Source: Squalus acanthias
Taxonomy: Eukaryota
Length of the DNA: 64,000 bases
Direction: 5' to 3'
Assembly: GCA_030390025.1 (NCBI GenBank)
Contig: CM059431.1
Span: 112,036,001 to 112,100,000, forward strand
In this document: positions 37,556 to 51,298 of the stretch, in pieces
How the letters are laid out: the number at the start of each line of letters is the position of its first letter
How positions within the stretch are numbered: position 1 is the stretch's first letter
Made by a program: the position numbers and the translations under genes
Notes under the pieces: model-generated
What the model was told of the DNA's origin: nothing
The model's input: the letters and a program-made list of their open reading frames with translations, nothing else
Database searches by the model: none

Positions 37556-38235
37556 GATGTCTTTGGATTCCTCATTTATGGAAAAATTTTAGATTGCTCT
37601 AATGTGATCATTATTTCAACCTGCTTTTGATGTGGTTTCTAAAGACTGCACTACAATCAGTCTATAATGCTGAAAATGCCATTTTGAATGAAATGCCTTT
37701 AATCTAGCTAGGTTCCACTCCTCCTACCTGTCCAAACAAAGCCAGCACATCTTATGAAAAGACTTCTCCTGCTGCTTCTAGATGGTCACCTTGGGTGTGA
37801 CCTAAGGCCCCATCCTTGGCTATTCTGCCCCTTAAGGCATCATTCATAGGCATGAGCCCACACTTACACTTGTGCGCTGACCTACCTCTTGCTACCACTC
37901 CTTGACCACCACTCTGCCATCTGACCCCTTTGTCAACATCAACATTGCTGGGTAAGCAATAACTTCCTTCAACTCAACATCGACAAGACCAAAACCAGCC
38001 CATTCGGCTCCCACAAAAAAAACTCTGCATTTTAGCCCCCTGACTGCCTTCCCCTCCCTGACTGCACACCAACACTGAGCCAAACCTTGGTTAGCTTCTT
38101 ACCTTTGTGTACAAGTACCCATAACCTCCTTCAGTGCTATGCTCCAGCACATGCCTTCTACTCTTCCAACTGTGGCCTCATTTGTATCTCCTCTTCCCTT
38201 TACTGGGCCTTCAGCTGTCTCAGTCCCATACTATT

Positions 38236-38926
38236 GGGCCGGATTTTCCGATCGGAGGCTTCCTGCGTGCGGATGTCTCCGATCTGGAAAAATCTACGAA
38301 CTTACCTGCTGGCTCCGGAGGTCCGGACATTTCTGCTCCTGGTGCGTGCGGCGCGCGCAGAGGACCCGGTATCCCAGGGGCGCAGGCAGTTTGCAAGCGT
38401 CCCTGGGATCACGTGGGCCATGGGGAACCAATCAAAGAAGGGAATCCCCCTTCACACTTTTGACAGGTCTCTCCGCTTAGAACTGTCAAACGTATGAATG
38501 GGGATCACTCAAAAAACACACTAAAACATTAAATATATTTTTTTTAAATCACGTATTTAAAATTAGTTAAAATTACATTAAATTAATTATTTTAAACAAA
38601 TTTAATTTTTTGAAAAAAATAAAGTTTTTTTACGGGGCTAAAAATAAACGTACCTTTAAAAGTATTTTTAAATTATAAATGAGTTAATTTTTTTTTACTT
38701 TTTTAAACTCTTATGCTGTAAGATTTTTAAGTGATTTCAGCGGATGGAGGTTCTGCAGAAAGCGGAACTCTCCACCCGCAGAGGCCCAGCTCCAGGGCAG
38801 GCGGAGGATCTGTCAAGAGGATTCTTGACAGATCGGAAGTGCCAGTTTTCAGCGCATGCGTTTGTGAGGCCCCTACGGGTGTGTACACACCTCGTACACA
38901 CCCGTGGGTGTCAGAAAATACGGGCC
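38236..38926. mobile_element. Non-autonomous TIR element (691 bp) with 3-bp ATT TSD, nested in a decayed L2 (~37830-38972)
   Basis: att|GGGCCGGATTTTC ... GAAAATACGGGCC|att. Confidence 0.82.
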
Positions 38927-38974
38927 ATTATCTCTCGCTTCTTCAAAAGCCTCCTCAAGCCCCACCTCTTTGAT

Positions 38975-39270
38975 CCTGGAGAGTCTAGAACTAAAGGGCG
39001 TAGTCTCACGATAAGGGGTCGGCCATTTAGGACTGAGATGAGAAATTTCTTCAATCAGAGGGTTGTGACTCTTTGGAATTCTCTACCCCAGAGGGCTGTG
39101 GTTGCTCTCTGAGTATATTCAAAGCTGAGATTGTTGGATTTTAAGGGAATCAAGGGACATGGGGATTGGGCGGGAAAGTGGAGTTGAGGTGGAAGATCAA
39201 CCATGATCTTATCGAATGGTGGAGCAGGCTCGAGAGGCTGTATGGCTGACTCCTCCTATTTCTTATATTC
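38975..39270 (+). mobile_element. CR1-type LINE 3' end
   Basis: GESRTKGRSLTIRGRPFRTEMRNFFNQRVVTLWNSLPQRAV; tail ggtggagcaggctcgag...ctcctcctatttcttat. Confidence 0.88.
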
Positions 39271-41559
39271 TTGCCATTGGCCAACACCCTTTTTCCTTCG
39301 CAGACTCTTACTTAGCGTCCAGTACCTCAGTGAAGCACTTCGGGACATTTTATTTTGTTAAAGGAGCTTTAAAGGTGCTTTGTTTGAACTGTTGGCTTAA
39401 TTTATTTTAAAAGATCAAAGTGGTTTCCTTGATCTAGTTAGCTGCATCACTCCTTCAATGTGGTAAAAGTGTTTTGTTCCATTGTATAGACTTATGTATG
39501 AATGATAGACATGCAAAGTGGTCATATCTTTTGAGCTATTGTCTTTGTGACCTATGTATTTTAATTGTTTATATGTATATTTAAATTAATTTTGTCTGAG
39601 GGCACTTGCATACAAGGAGTTAACAGAAGTGATGTTTTTACACCTAAGGCATTTAAAAGCAGGTGCTTGAGACAACAACAGTTCAGAAATCTGGTAATAA
39701 GTTTCAACCCTTCCCTGATTGAACGAAACGATAAAAACAAACTTTTATCAAAGAATTGTCAGAAAACAAAACAGGTTGAAGATTGCAGTTCCGATTAAAA
39801 TGTTTTGACGTTCATCGGAAAGTCTTTTTTTATTCTGACAAAGAGCAGTTCACCCATTATAGACTTCCATATTTGTTTATATGTATTGCATTTCAAGTAT
39901 TTGCAGTTCATATTACAATTTAATTATTAGAAGAAATAGCTTTAGTCTGTAAAACTCATTTGTGTGGTGATATCCGCCATATTTTCAAAGAATTTTGGCA
40001 GTTGCGTATGGTTATGTTAAATTCACTAAACCAATAACAACAAGCAAAGCAGTTAATCTCATGACCTTCTGTGAAAACAGACTGTAGGAAAGGGACAGCT
40101 CTGGCTTGCAAGAGAACACACGTGTATAGGAACCGTTGTTAAATTGTTAAGAGAAGACCATTTTCTAGAAATCCAAAATGGTAATCTACATTTAAAAAGT
40201 GCATTCTCTGGGTTTTATGCTGAACCCATGCCTAAAATTGAAAATTTAGCACAAAATTTAAAATACTCATAACTTCTGAAAAATATTGGCCACAGATTAA
40301 TGTCTAATATATGCATTGTTTTATCACCTGAGAATTGCATTACAATACCTGAAATGCTTGCTTCTGGTACAAGTTAGAAGTAGTGGTTCATAAACTAAAA
40401 GGTGAAATGGATTTCCAGCTTCCTGCCAGGGGAGGCCTTCTTCAGAACAAACATTTGATATTGGAACAGCTATACCAAGATATTCACAATATATTTGTTG
40501 ATGAATTATGTGATAGTACATTAAAAGGAATTCTCTTTCACCCGTAGCAGTTGGATTGAGAACAACTCCAAATGATGGTATGAAAGTCTTGCCTGTCTGT
40601 CCACATGGGACAACTAGTTTGGGCAGTCTCAATCCCATTCCTGGTTTTCCTTCGACCAACAGTACAAAACTGTCTCAATTTTGCACAAAGTGGCAATTTA
40701 ACTCGAGAGCACAGGGTAGTTTGTGTAGGAAATGGAAAATGTCAGTGGGAATGCTTTTTTCAGGTCTCGGGAGTTCTATTTTTCATCAAAAATCTGCTAT
40801 TACCCATCCTGGAGCCCTTGTCGCTGGTACTGGTACCCGAAATGGAAATGTGACATTTGAAGGTGTTCATGTTCCTCACCTTGACTGCAAAACAAAATCA
40901 CTAAAATGAAACTTAGTATTGTGAGTTGCATAGGGTCTGAAAAATTGGACAAGTTAAATCATGCTAAAATATCTTTTGGATAATCGACAATTCAACACTT
41001 AATTTTGTGGGTAAGAATTACCATTACTCCAGCTATTTTTGAGGGTGGCACCCTGAGGGAGTTCTTGAGTGTTGGTTTATCATAGCAATTTTTTTCACTA
41101 ACGTTAAATTTTCTTTCCGCTCCCCAACCGGCACCATATCTCCTGTTACTGTAATGACGTGGCTGTAGTCTCCAAATTGCACCTTGGCCTTTTCGTCTTC
41201 CAATTCCAGTTCTTCAACTGGATTATCTTCTGGCACTCTGACCATCTAAAATCAAAGCCATCCGCGGCTGCACCTCTGTCTCTGCTCCCTCTCCCACCCC
41301 TTGCTCCTCCCCTCTTCCAAACAGCCCACCCAGTCTCTACGGTAATCCATCTTTTGTGGCATTTCTTTCTCCTCATTCCATTCCCGCTTATCCCAGCAAA
41401 GGCATTATACATCTTCCAATGGCGTCTGTCTCCTTCCTTCCCATCATGGTTGCCACGAGTGTACCCTAGTTCTCTATCGTTGGTCTACTTTTCTTCTTGG
41501 TCTGTATGCTGCTCTTTCGTGATCTCAGCCGAATGCACCAAGTCAGGCTCCACATGAAT

Positions 41560-42462
41560 GCTGATCATACCCAGCTTGACCTTTTTAGTTGTCTGTTTAG
41601 ATTCCAATGCTATTGCTTAACTCATCAACTGCCTATCTGATATCGAGCCTTGGATGAATCAAAAGTTCCTCCAGCTCAATGTAGGTAAACTGAAGTATTC
41701 CTTTTTGATCTAGATCAACTCCTGCTTGTATCTTACTTTAACTCCATCAATCTTCCTGACTGTCACCATGGGCTAAGTCCGGTGGTGGGAATCTTTGTCG
41801 TGTTGCTCAATCCAGGGCTGAATTTTCTCCCCACATTCATTCTGCAACCAGGCCTTGCCTGCCTTCCACCTTCAAAGCATTGTCCACCCCCAGCCTATCT
41901 TTTCTCTCCGTGCTGCTGAGATTCTAATCCATGCTTTTAGCACCTCAAGACTTGACACCTGTGAACTCCTAGCTGGTCTCTCTGCTTTCACCCTCCATAA
42001 ATTGCAACTTACTTAAAATGTTGCTTCTTGCTTATCCATCCAAAGTCCTGATTTCCAAACCTGGTTCTTGTCAAACTCCACTGTTCTCTGTATCTCTCTG
42101 AATCAATTTCAGAGTTCTTATCTTTACCTTCAAATGCCACCACGGTCTCACCCACCCTACTTCAGCAACCTCTTCCAGTCCTATGTCTCACTCTGCACCC
42201 TTCACGCCTCTAATGCGGGTTTACTCCTTGTTCACTATTCTCGTTGTTTCATCGTTGATGACAGCTCTTTCAGCTATCCTGCCCTCTGGAACTCGCTCCC
42301 AAAATCCCTCCACCTTACTTCCTCCCTCCTTGCTGTCAAAAGCCTTCTCAAAATTTCCTCTTCAAGCTCTTTTGGCCCCACTCCCATTCTAACTGCCCTT
42401 CATTTTTCTTCTCCACTCTTCTGAGATGGCTTTGACGTGCAGAATAATAAATAAATGCAAGT
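41560..42462 (+). mobile_element. Degraded L2-type LINE 3' region
   Basis: ctgatcatacccagct, ttcctccagctcaatgtaggtaa, ctaatccatgcttttagcacctcaagacttgac, ALWNSLPKSL; tail ataaatgcaag. Confidence 0.7.
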
Positions 42463-42614
42463 GTGCCTTGCCACTACGATTGCTTTAAAAATCAAGCTAT
42501 TCAACAACACCAATTTATGTCTTGGAAATTTAATCTAAATGATGAATACTGTTTGGCAAGTTTATTTTTGGAATTTTATTGTAATGTTATTTGGAATGCA
42601 ACTAGATTTAAGTT

Positions 42615-42619
<5 letters not shown>

Positions 42620-42648
<29 letters not shown>

Positions 42649-42674
42649 GTGTATGTGTATATATATATATATAT
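42620..42674. repeat. (TG)n/(TA)n microsatellite
   Basis: Direct reading. Confidence 0.9.
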
Positions 42675-43575
42675 CTCAATTAATCATGGTCAGTCTCATC
42701 AGTACTCTCTTGTTTTTGAGGCTTGTTGAGTTTTCTTCCCTTTCTAAGTCATTGCCCAGCTGGGAGGAAGGGCGTTAAGTGGGTCACAGACCTCACCTAA
42801 CACTCTTGAACAGACTGAGAGAGTTCTTGATTGCAGTCAGTTCCGGGTGACCTGCCTTCAACTTTCTTTGCTTCCTTATACGAAATGTGCACATTTTTCA
42901 GATATCGTCTAAGGTGCAACCTCGTAATTGCGTGCACTGCTAGATGTGTATAGAGATAGTTACAAGCCAAGCTGCACAAGATAAATCTTTTAGCATGTTT
43001 ATTTTTTTTAAATTAAGTATTCCGATAATAAAAAAATGCGAGGGGTGTGGATGGAATAGATTGAAACAAAATAGAGCAGAATGTGCTGATTTGGGAAATA
43101 ATTGAAAAATGATCATGTTCTTGGCTGCAAAAAAACTGCAGCTGTCTAGATCAGCAATCTAGTAGTTATTGATCCATACTAGTTCTGAGCAAGTGACCTG
43201 AAAAAAAATCATTTTGACATCTGAGTGAAAGCTCCCTTTGGTATCATAATGCACACCTTCCTTTAACTTCAGACCTAATTCCATCAGGTTGTTCAGGAAA
43301 TGAGGCGTGCAGCTAACTGCAATTGACTGTTTTTGCATGCTCCTTGCCAACATTTCTTTCTGGTAAATGATTGCTGTGCTGCTTTGCAAGTGCCCACAGC
43401 AGATACAACTGACCTTTGTAATGTCAGGCTGGAGAGCTCAGTTGTGTTGTTGCTTCTTTATAGATGAGTCAATAGGTGCTTAAAAATAAAAATTGGAACA
43501 TATTTTAAGTGAAGTGCATTTTAAACTGGAGCTTCTGAGTAAATGATCCTGACTAGACTATTTTAACTTCTACAG

Positions 43576-43606
43576 GCGTGAAGAAACTCAAAGGAGGCTA
43601 AAAAAT
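43576..43606 (+). CDS. LMO7: LMO7 31-nt coding micro-exon (phase 2-0)
   Basis: ttctacag|G CGT GAA GAA ACT CAA AGG AGG CTA AAA AAT|gtaagt = (K)REETQRRLKN; keeps frame between the 4326 and 49020 exons; resembles human KQEETDRRVKN as recalled. Confidence 0.92.
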
Positions 43607-44327
43607 GTAAGTGATCTGCTGTTTACTAGTAGCTCGGGTGTGCGTTCTGTCACTAATGCTTTGCACATTCGTTTATTTTGAAAATACATAGTTTTTGCTC
43701 ATAATTTAAAAAACAAAAAAAATCAAAATATTTCCGTACAAAGTTATCACTAGATGCATTTAACCAAAATCACGTTTGGAACTCCGTGTGGTTGATATCC
43801 TGCCGTATAGGCGGTGGCCTGTTGGCGGTGGGAATTATTGCTACTTGTTTGGCCACATTCTTTGTTCCTGTATTGATTTTTGAAGTTACTTGCCTAACCG
43901 GAATGAACTACGATGGAGGATGATTTCTCAACATTCAACGGCCTGTCCTTTCCAAAGCAGAAGTGTATTCTGTTTCAAATAGTTTGTTACAAAAAGAAAG
44001 TAACTGATAAATGGAAAGTACTGTGAGTGGATGTATAGTTATCTAATTTTGTCTAAATGACTTTAATGCTATTGGACTGCCTTATCTGTAGCTATTAGAC
44101 TTCTTTAGAATGTTGTAATTATTTGTATTGGGTCAAATATGAAAGGGTTCGTGTTTTCTTTCTGACTCGATGTGTTTTTTTTAATAACAGCTGAATTAAT
44201 TTGCTTTGTAATATTTTGATATAGTCATAATGAGAAATAGTGAAATATATCTGCAGTGATAGTTATCTGTTTTTATGTTCTTGGTTGGACTACATCAATG
44301 TCAAAAATTTTAGTTTTGTTCTGTTAT

Positions 44328-44921
44328 CGGCTCATCTGCTGCCAAAGCCCTCATCCATGTCTATGTTACCTCTAGACTTGATTATTCTAATGCTCTCCTG
44401 GCTGGCCTCCCACCTTGCACCCTCGTTAAACTTGAGCTCATCCGAAACTCGGCTGCTCGTATCCTAACTCACACCAAGTCCCGTTCACCCATCACCCCTG
44501 TGCTCGCTGACCTACATTGGCTCCCGGTCCACCAAAGCCTTGATGTTAAGATTCTCATCCTTGTGTTCAAATCCCTCCATGGCCTCGCCTCTCCCTATCT
44601 CTAACTTTCTCCAGCCCTACAATCCTCTGAGATCTCTGTGCTCCTCCAACTCTGGCTTCTCCGTATCCTCGATTTTTAATTTCTCCCCCATTGGCGGCCG
44701 TGCCTTCAGCTGCTTAAGCTCTGGAACCCTAAACCTCTCTGTCTGTCTACCTCTCTTTCCTCCTTTAAGATGCTCCTTAAAACCTATCACTTTGACTAAG
44801 CTGTCCTAATATCTCCTTGTGTGGCTCAGTGTCAAATTTTATTTGATAACGCTCCTGTGAAGCATCTTGGGATGTTTTACTACGTTAAAGGCACTACTGT
44901 ATATAAATACAAGCTGTTGTT
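44328..44921 (+). mobile_element. L2-type LINE 3' end
   Basis: Similar to 15939-16418 and extends further 5' (tctagacttgattattctaatgctctcctggctggcctccc). Confidence 0.87.
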
Positions 44922-47324
44922 ATAGGTGTAGCCTTGATACCTTGGGGTTGATGTATAAAAGTTAGCTCCATTTTGTCAAGAGAATTTGATTTATCATGTT
45001 CCTGGCCTTCATTTGTATCCACTACAGAAAGATCTCCTCTGTAAATCTTCTAGCTTCTCCTGTACTATGTATTTGAACTGTCTGGATGCCAATATTTCCA
45101 AGGAACATTTGATGAATCTCTAATGACATCAAAAGCAAATTGAGATCCCTTTTCCCCTGCCCCAAAACCAAAGCTAATATTGGGACAATTTCTCTCTTTT
45201 TCTCTTCGCGTGCTAACTTACTAGAATTTTCTATATCATCTGAAAACAACTTTTGCCAGTCATCAGCATAACTGTTGCTGCATAGGGAGTGGAGAATTGA
45301 TTGGATAACACTGCTTAGTGTACATATTTATGAAGGGTACCTGTAGTACTAGGACAACCCTTAAAAGGTGATATATATTTACATGCTCATCGAAGCGCAT
45401 AGGATGTCTGTACAGAGCATAGCTTCCTTAACTTTGCTCCAATAATGTCCCTTTATCCCAGCTCTCAAAAGCAGAGTCTGCTGCACCAGAGATCAGCTAA
45501 CAAGGATACGTAGATGAGCCCCAATCTGCAGTCAGAGTAAGCTGCATGTCCCCTCCCCTTCCCACTGAGATGGTAGCATAATGTAGAATCTGATGATCTC
45601 AATTATCCTGTCCTCGCAGAGCTCATTTATTTTTCAATTCCTTGGTTCTAAAACATATCTGAATCTGTAAATCATTAGATTAATTTGCAATGACCTAAAG
45701 TTAGTGGAGACAAATAAAAGCTTAGAGCTCCCTGATGGCTTTTTAACTAAATGCATTGCACGGTGTGGTCGTGAGCCATTAGATCAGAAAGATTCTGGGT
45801 GCAATCCCAGGTCTCTACTTCATTAGCTAACATTAACTGGCTGGGCAAATAGGGCCTTAGAACTTCTATTTTTGACCACACCAGCTCCGAGCTCTTGGCC
45901 TAAAGATGCTTGGCAAGAGTAAGGCTGTTTTGGAACATTTGTAAGGAAATCCCCTGAAAGTTCAGTGCGCTAAGAAATGGCAGATGGATTTTCATGTCGA
46001 AATGTGAACAGGAAACATGACATATGGTTGTACATGATGAAGCGATGTTCATATGTAAAGTGGAGAAGGATTCCAATCAGTGTGAAACCACTCAACGCTT
46101 ATGAAATACTTAAATGCATTTTGAGGGCTTTTGATTTATAAGACTTAAGCAGTTGCATTATTCAGTTATTAAAGGCATTGACACTCGCTGAAGCATGCTT
46201 CTATGAGTGTCAGTAGGCCTATGGTGTCTTGAGCGAATCAGCATAGATAGTGAGAGTAAGGAGTCATGGGGAGCAGCACACCCAAACCTGATGTTCTTCC
46301 CTAATCTCCCTACACGTGAAGCTATCAACAAGAGTCCCGGATAACGATCAGTGGTGATAACCCTGGTAAATTCTCCCTCCCCCCACCCAAGGGATATGAA
46401 GGCCAATCATAATCAACATGGTTCCCCCCACCCCCAAAGAAAAGAGTTTCTTGGCAGAATCAGCACACTTGGCACATTCTAGTAAAACTTGAGCTTCTGG
46501 CTCTGTACTACATTGGTAGGCCTCCAAAAATGGAGTTTTATTTTCATTGCACAAAACATTGAGGGAGTTTGATCCGGGGCTTTAAAATTTTGATGGGCCT
46601 CTTTCCTTTTTAAAACTTCATTTCCGTTAATCGTGTCCATTTCCTTCCCTCGTTTCATCTTGCCCATTGATTCTTATTTGTTTCTCATTCTGCTTTGTCA
46701 CTTGCTTGCTATATTTTTTGAACTTTTAATTTCGCTCTCTCTTATTTACAGAATGAATTCCGTGAGCTTTGTTTTCTTATGATTGAATATTTACCCAAAT
46801 GTGCCAAAACCTTTCTGATCTCATCCAAATGAAGGTTGGGAAAGTATTCTATCCATTGGAGGAGAAACTGGAAGATGTCCCCATTTTTTTGAGGAGGACT
46901 CTCCAGCAATACTGCATAGTGCCTACATTATGCTTTAGCAAAACCCGGATGAATACCAACATTAAAAAAAACATCACTGGTAGGGATTTGGGCTCTTGAC
47001 CAAAACGTAGCAAGTACCCCTTGCCTAAGCCATTTGAGAAACACTATTGCAATGATGGGTCTACATGGCTGAGGAGAGTATCTGTACTGGAAATTTACTA
47101 TAGCTCCTGATGGTATATTTTACACCATTGTTTTGATAATCTTTGTTTATAATCTTTCCCAATCTTTAATGTTTTACGCTTTCTGTACTATCCTTTTAAA
47201 ATTCAAAGGACCCCTTAATGATATGAGATAAAACAGTGGGAGAGTAGAACAGTATGATGGGAATTTGTTTGAATTTCATATGACTGTTTTCACTCCAGAA
47301 AATGGTGCTTTGCCAATAACCGTG

Positions 47325-47960
47325 ACAACAACTTGCATTTATAGAGTACCTTTTAATGTAGAAAATGTCCTGAGGTGCTTTGCAGAGAGAAAAATCCCAT
47401 AGATAAAGCAATGGACACTAAGCCATGGGGGGAGTTAGGTGAGGCGACTGATCTTGGTTCAAAAGATGGGTTTTGAGAAGGATTTTGAAATTGGTGAGAA
47501 GTGGAGAAAGGTTTAGGGAGCAAGTTCCAGAGAGTAGGGCCGAGGCAGTTGAAGACACTGGTGTCAGTGGTGGGCGAAGGAAGGGGTGCGGAATCACAAA
47601 GGACCAGAATCAAAGGAGCAAACTGTGTTGGGGGGATGCAAGGCTGGAAGAGATTGCCAAGGTGTGGTAGGGAGAGACTGTGGAGGAATGTGAGATGATA
47701 AAATTGAGGATTTTAAATTCAACGTGTTGGCATTCAGGGAATCCATGTAGGTCAATGAGGATGGAGGTGATGGCTGAGTGCCACTTAATGTGGATGGGAT
47801 GCAGTGGCTGAGTTTGGACAAGTTGGAATTTATGTAGGGTCACCAAGGAGGTCATTGGATGGATTGACTCTAGAGGTGACAAAAGGTTTGGATGAAGGTT
47901 TTCATGGTTGAGGGCTGAGCTGAGTTGGAGGCAGGCAATGATGTGAAGATGTGGTGATGT
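47325..47960 (-). mobile_element. Degraded L2-type LINE 3' region
   Basis: acaacaacttgcatttatagag tail; FNCLGPTLWNLLPKP; gactctagaggtgacaaaaggtttggatgaagg. Confidence 0.7.
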
Positions 47961-49019
47961 TGGATAGGATGTGGGGATTGAAGCAAGGATCTGGGTGGAA
48001 AAGGCACCAATGTTTCACATGGTCTGGTTTCGCTTGAGCAAGTGGTCAGGGAAGGGGATAGAATTAGTGGCGCAGGAGTAGATTTTATGGTCACAGAGCT
48101 ATGTTTGAAATCACGATAAAAGGAAAGGGAAGTTAGAGATGGGGTGGTAGTTGGAGAGGACAGATGGAAGGATTTTTTTGAGGAGGTGTGTGAAGTTTTG
48201 CAAGTGAAAGGGAAAGAAATCCTGAGTTCTTCCCACCTAGTAGTGGAGGAGGCAAAAGAAACAGATTTCAGTCGGTTAATAAAAGGAGCCTTGGGTTGAC
48301 TTTGCTCTCGGTCATAATCCAGAAGTAGTCGGAGGAGTTGGCTGAGGACAGCAGGCACAGTAATTCTAGACCCGGCTGAGCCACATCTAGTGATGAATGA
48401 CCAGACTAGTTGTGTACTAGGTGCTCTCAATGTTGTAGCCTCTGCCCTATGGGAGAGAGAAACTGGGGCCGGTACTAGAGCAACAGCAGGGGTGGAAGAA
48501 GAACATCAAAAGGCAGAGGTGTGAGAGTGGTTTAGCAGGGCAGAAGTAGCACAGGTGACATAATGGAGGGGATTGAGAGGAGGGGGTTGGGTGACTTGGT
48601 GAGGCAGCTGGAGGACAAATTTTATCCCAACCCCCCCCCCCCCACCCCACCCCACCCCACCCCACCGCTCCCCACCCCAGATTAGTAGGTGTTTGAATCT
48701 TCCTAAAATAAAAGAGCTAAATGGAATGGCTCCATACTGAAACAAATGTGGGTAGATAATAGTTCTAATCTTTTGAAAAGCTCAGAAGTGTGACCTTAGG
48801 AATAGTTTGCTTGTTGCCCTGGTACCTGTATAGTATTAAAAGGCATCCCATGGAGTCTTGTTATAAAAGAATCAATTCAATGCATTTAATGGGAGTAAAG
48901 ACTAGCATGGACTTATGAGAAAAGGTCATGTTCCATAAATTTCCTTGAACAATGTTTCTCATTCATACATTCTTATCTTCCTGTGTCAAATGCTTAAATG
49001 GAAAATGGCATTCTTACAG

Positions 49020-49133
49020 GTTTTGATCACAATATATTGGCTTGGTAGAAGAGCACAGCATGAGCCTCACTATAATGGACCGTACCTTAACCTGAATGCA
49101 TTTGAAGGGCTTCTAGGACAAACCCTGACCAAG
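49020..49133 (+). CDS. LMO7: LMO7 coding exon (phase 0-0)
   Basis: ttcttacag| ... |gtaagc; VLITIYWLGRRAQHEPHYNGPYLNLNAFEGLLGQTLTK, 114 nt. Confidence 0.95.
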
Positions 49134-49890
49134 GTAAGCTACAATGCAACAATTATGTCAATCTGTAAACATTGAGGCCAGGGCGGACGTAGAAATGTAA
49201 AGAACAGTTAAATCTTGCGGGACAGGGCTAGACAGGACTCCTGTGTGTTGCGTGAGGTGAAAAATGGATTATGAGCAGCAATCTGAGAATGTTGTTTGTG
49301 GAGAGGATACGTGTGTAAACCTGGAGGTCTGTTATCGTGATTCAATTTGCAGCCCATATTAAGAGGAATTGGGGGGGTAAAGAAGAAATGGACGATGGGG
49401 TGAAGATTGTGTCCATCTATAAACACTTGCGTGAATTCAAATGCTCTCTACCAGGTACTGAGCTGTTGAAGGATCACGGGCAATAAATTGTTTGGCTTCT
49501 TTGGTTGCTGGTTGTGCAGTTTCTAATTAGCAAGTGCTACATGTGTTTTTAGATCACTATTTTCATTCAAATTTGCATGTTTCTTGGTATCTTTTTGGGG
49601 GATGGCTGAATGAATGAGGAACACCCCAATAATATTTACCACGATAGAGAGAATAATTCGAACTTGACCAATATGTATTCCATGCATGCCGGGTGGGGGG
49701 GTGGGGTGGGGACGATCACCTAGGTATGCTGTCCCTTTAAGTAAAAACAGACGGGAGGTAATCTTTTACCCCTCTGCCAGCCTTGCTGAGCCATGGCTTT
49801 GAGAAACATCTTTGGGCCGTTCTCCCCGAAGGTGCATAATTCTGATGTCCAATTACTGGGGTTATGGAGTAGGACATTTTCAACAGGGAT

Positions 49891-50490
49891 ATAAACAGGA
49901 AATGCTGGAAGTACTCAGCAGGCCAGGCAGCATCTGTGGAGAGAGAAACAGTGTTAACGTTTCAGGTCGATGAGCTTTCATCAGAACTGGAAAATGTTAC
50001 AGATTTAACAGGTTTTAAGCAAGTTACAGAGGCAGGGAAAGTGGGGAGGGGGGTGGGGGATGGAGAGAAAAGAACAAAAGGGAAGGTCTGTGATGGGGTG
50101 AAAGGCAGGAGAGATTAAATAACAAAGGGGGTGGTAATGGGAGGTGGTAATGAAACAAAAGATGGGTCTAGATAAGCTGTAAGTAATAACAGCAGAATCA
50201 TTACCAGCACCTGCTGTCCGAAAAAAATGGGAGCAGTGGTGATGGTCTGAAATTGTTGAATTCAGTGTTGAGTCGGAAGGCTGTAAAGTGCCCCATCGAA
50301 AGATGAGGTGCTGTTCCTCAAGCTTCCATTGAGCTCCATTGGAACAGTGTAGGAGGCAGAGGTCAGAGTGGGAGTGGGGCGGAGGTTTAAAATGGCAAGC
50401 GACCGGAAGCTCAGGGTCACACTTGCGGACTGAACGGAGGTGCTTAGCAATTGTAGAGGAGACCGCCTCATGAGCAGCGAATACAGTATA
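49891..50490 (-). mobile_element. Penelope-like element 3' end (GIY-YIG C-terminus plus pseudo-LTR), same family as 31322-31803
   Basis: ORF 50005..50535 HLRSVRKCDPELPVACHF...KLEEQHLIFRWGTLQP. Confidence 0.85.
49953..49987 (-). ncRNA. Minimal hammerhead motif with a helix-II mismatch
   Basis: Reverse strand GTT CTGATGA A AGCTC ATC GACCT GAAA CG TT AAC. Confidence 0.6.
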
Positions 50491-51099
50491 CCGGGAGCTG
50501 TTCCGGCTACACGACTTGTGTTGGATCTTAAACAACTATTTTGCCATGTAGGAGGGGATTTCTCTTGCATTTAGAAGCAATATTCGAAGTACTCTTTGGT
50601 GGTTCGGCACGTTATTTTGTTACATTTGCTGCATTAATTAATGAGATAAAAGTACTGAAAAATGGTAACTATTTAGCTAATCTGGATTATTTCATCATCC
50701 TTTTACAACCTTAGTATTTGTTGAATTGCAATGTGCTTTTTTTTCTGCCATAAAAATGCTACCTTAACCACTACATGCATATTGGGTTAGTTCACCAATA
50801 CATTTTGATCAATTTAAACTGCTCCTGTATGCCACCCAGTGGCCAGTATAAGAACCTCAAGTCTGGGAACAAGTCATCTGCCAACAGAAAATGGGGTTGG
50901 CTGTATGACTGGGGTGGGGAATCAACCCAAGAATAAGAGAAAATAATTGACAGAGGGGAACGGAGAGAGTCAAAGTATGCTTGTGGCATATTTTGATTCA
51001 GGTAATTAGTCCTGCACCTTAAACGTAGAGGACAGGGTCGATGTGGATAGGAATTGTCATTTGCTGTGACAACATCTGATTTTTAATTTCCCGTTTTAG

Positions 51100-51298
51100 G
51101 CACTTGCCGATTCCGATAGTCTGAAACGAAGCGGAAGAGATAGTGGGTACTGTGATACCTGGTGTTCAGAGCGGAACGAGCCAGCATCGCCACAGTTCAG
51201 GCACAGAAGAGACGACTCACTTGATAGTTTAGACTCATTTGGGTCAAAGTCTTTCGCAAGCCTTTCGTCAGACATAACTCTAAAGGGCAGCAGTGAAG
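51100..51298 (+). CDS. LMO7: LMO7 coding exon (phase 0-1)
   Basis: ccgttttag| ... |gtaagg; [66 protein letters not shown], with the RDSGY and DDSxDSLDS motifs of the LMO7/LIMCH1 family; 199 nt. Confidence 0.95.

Noticed and set aside
41033..41557. ORFs with KKCHKRW, faintly resembling a Myb/SANT-like transposon protein
   Set aside because: Too short and degenerate to support any assignment by eye
47870..48430. 186-aa minus-strand ORF
   Set aside because: Ser/Thr/Pro-biased translation overlapping decayed LINE sequence; no splice or domain evidence
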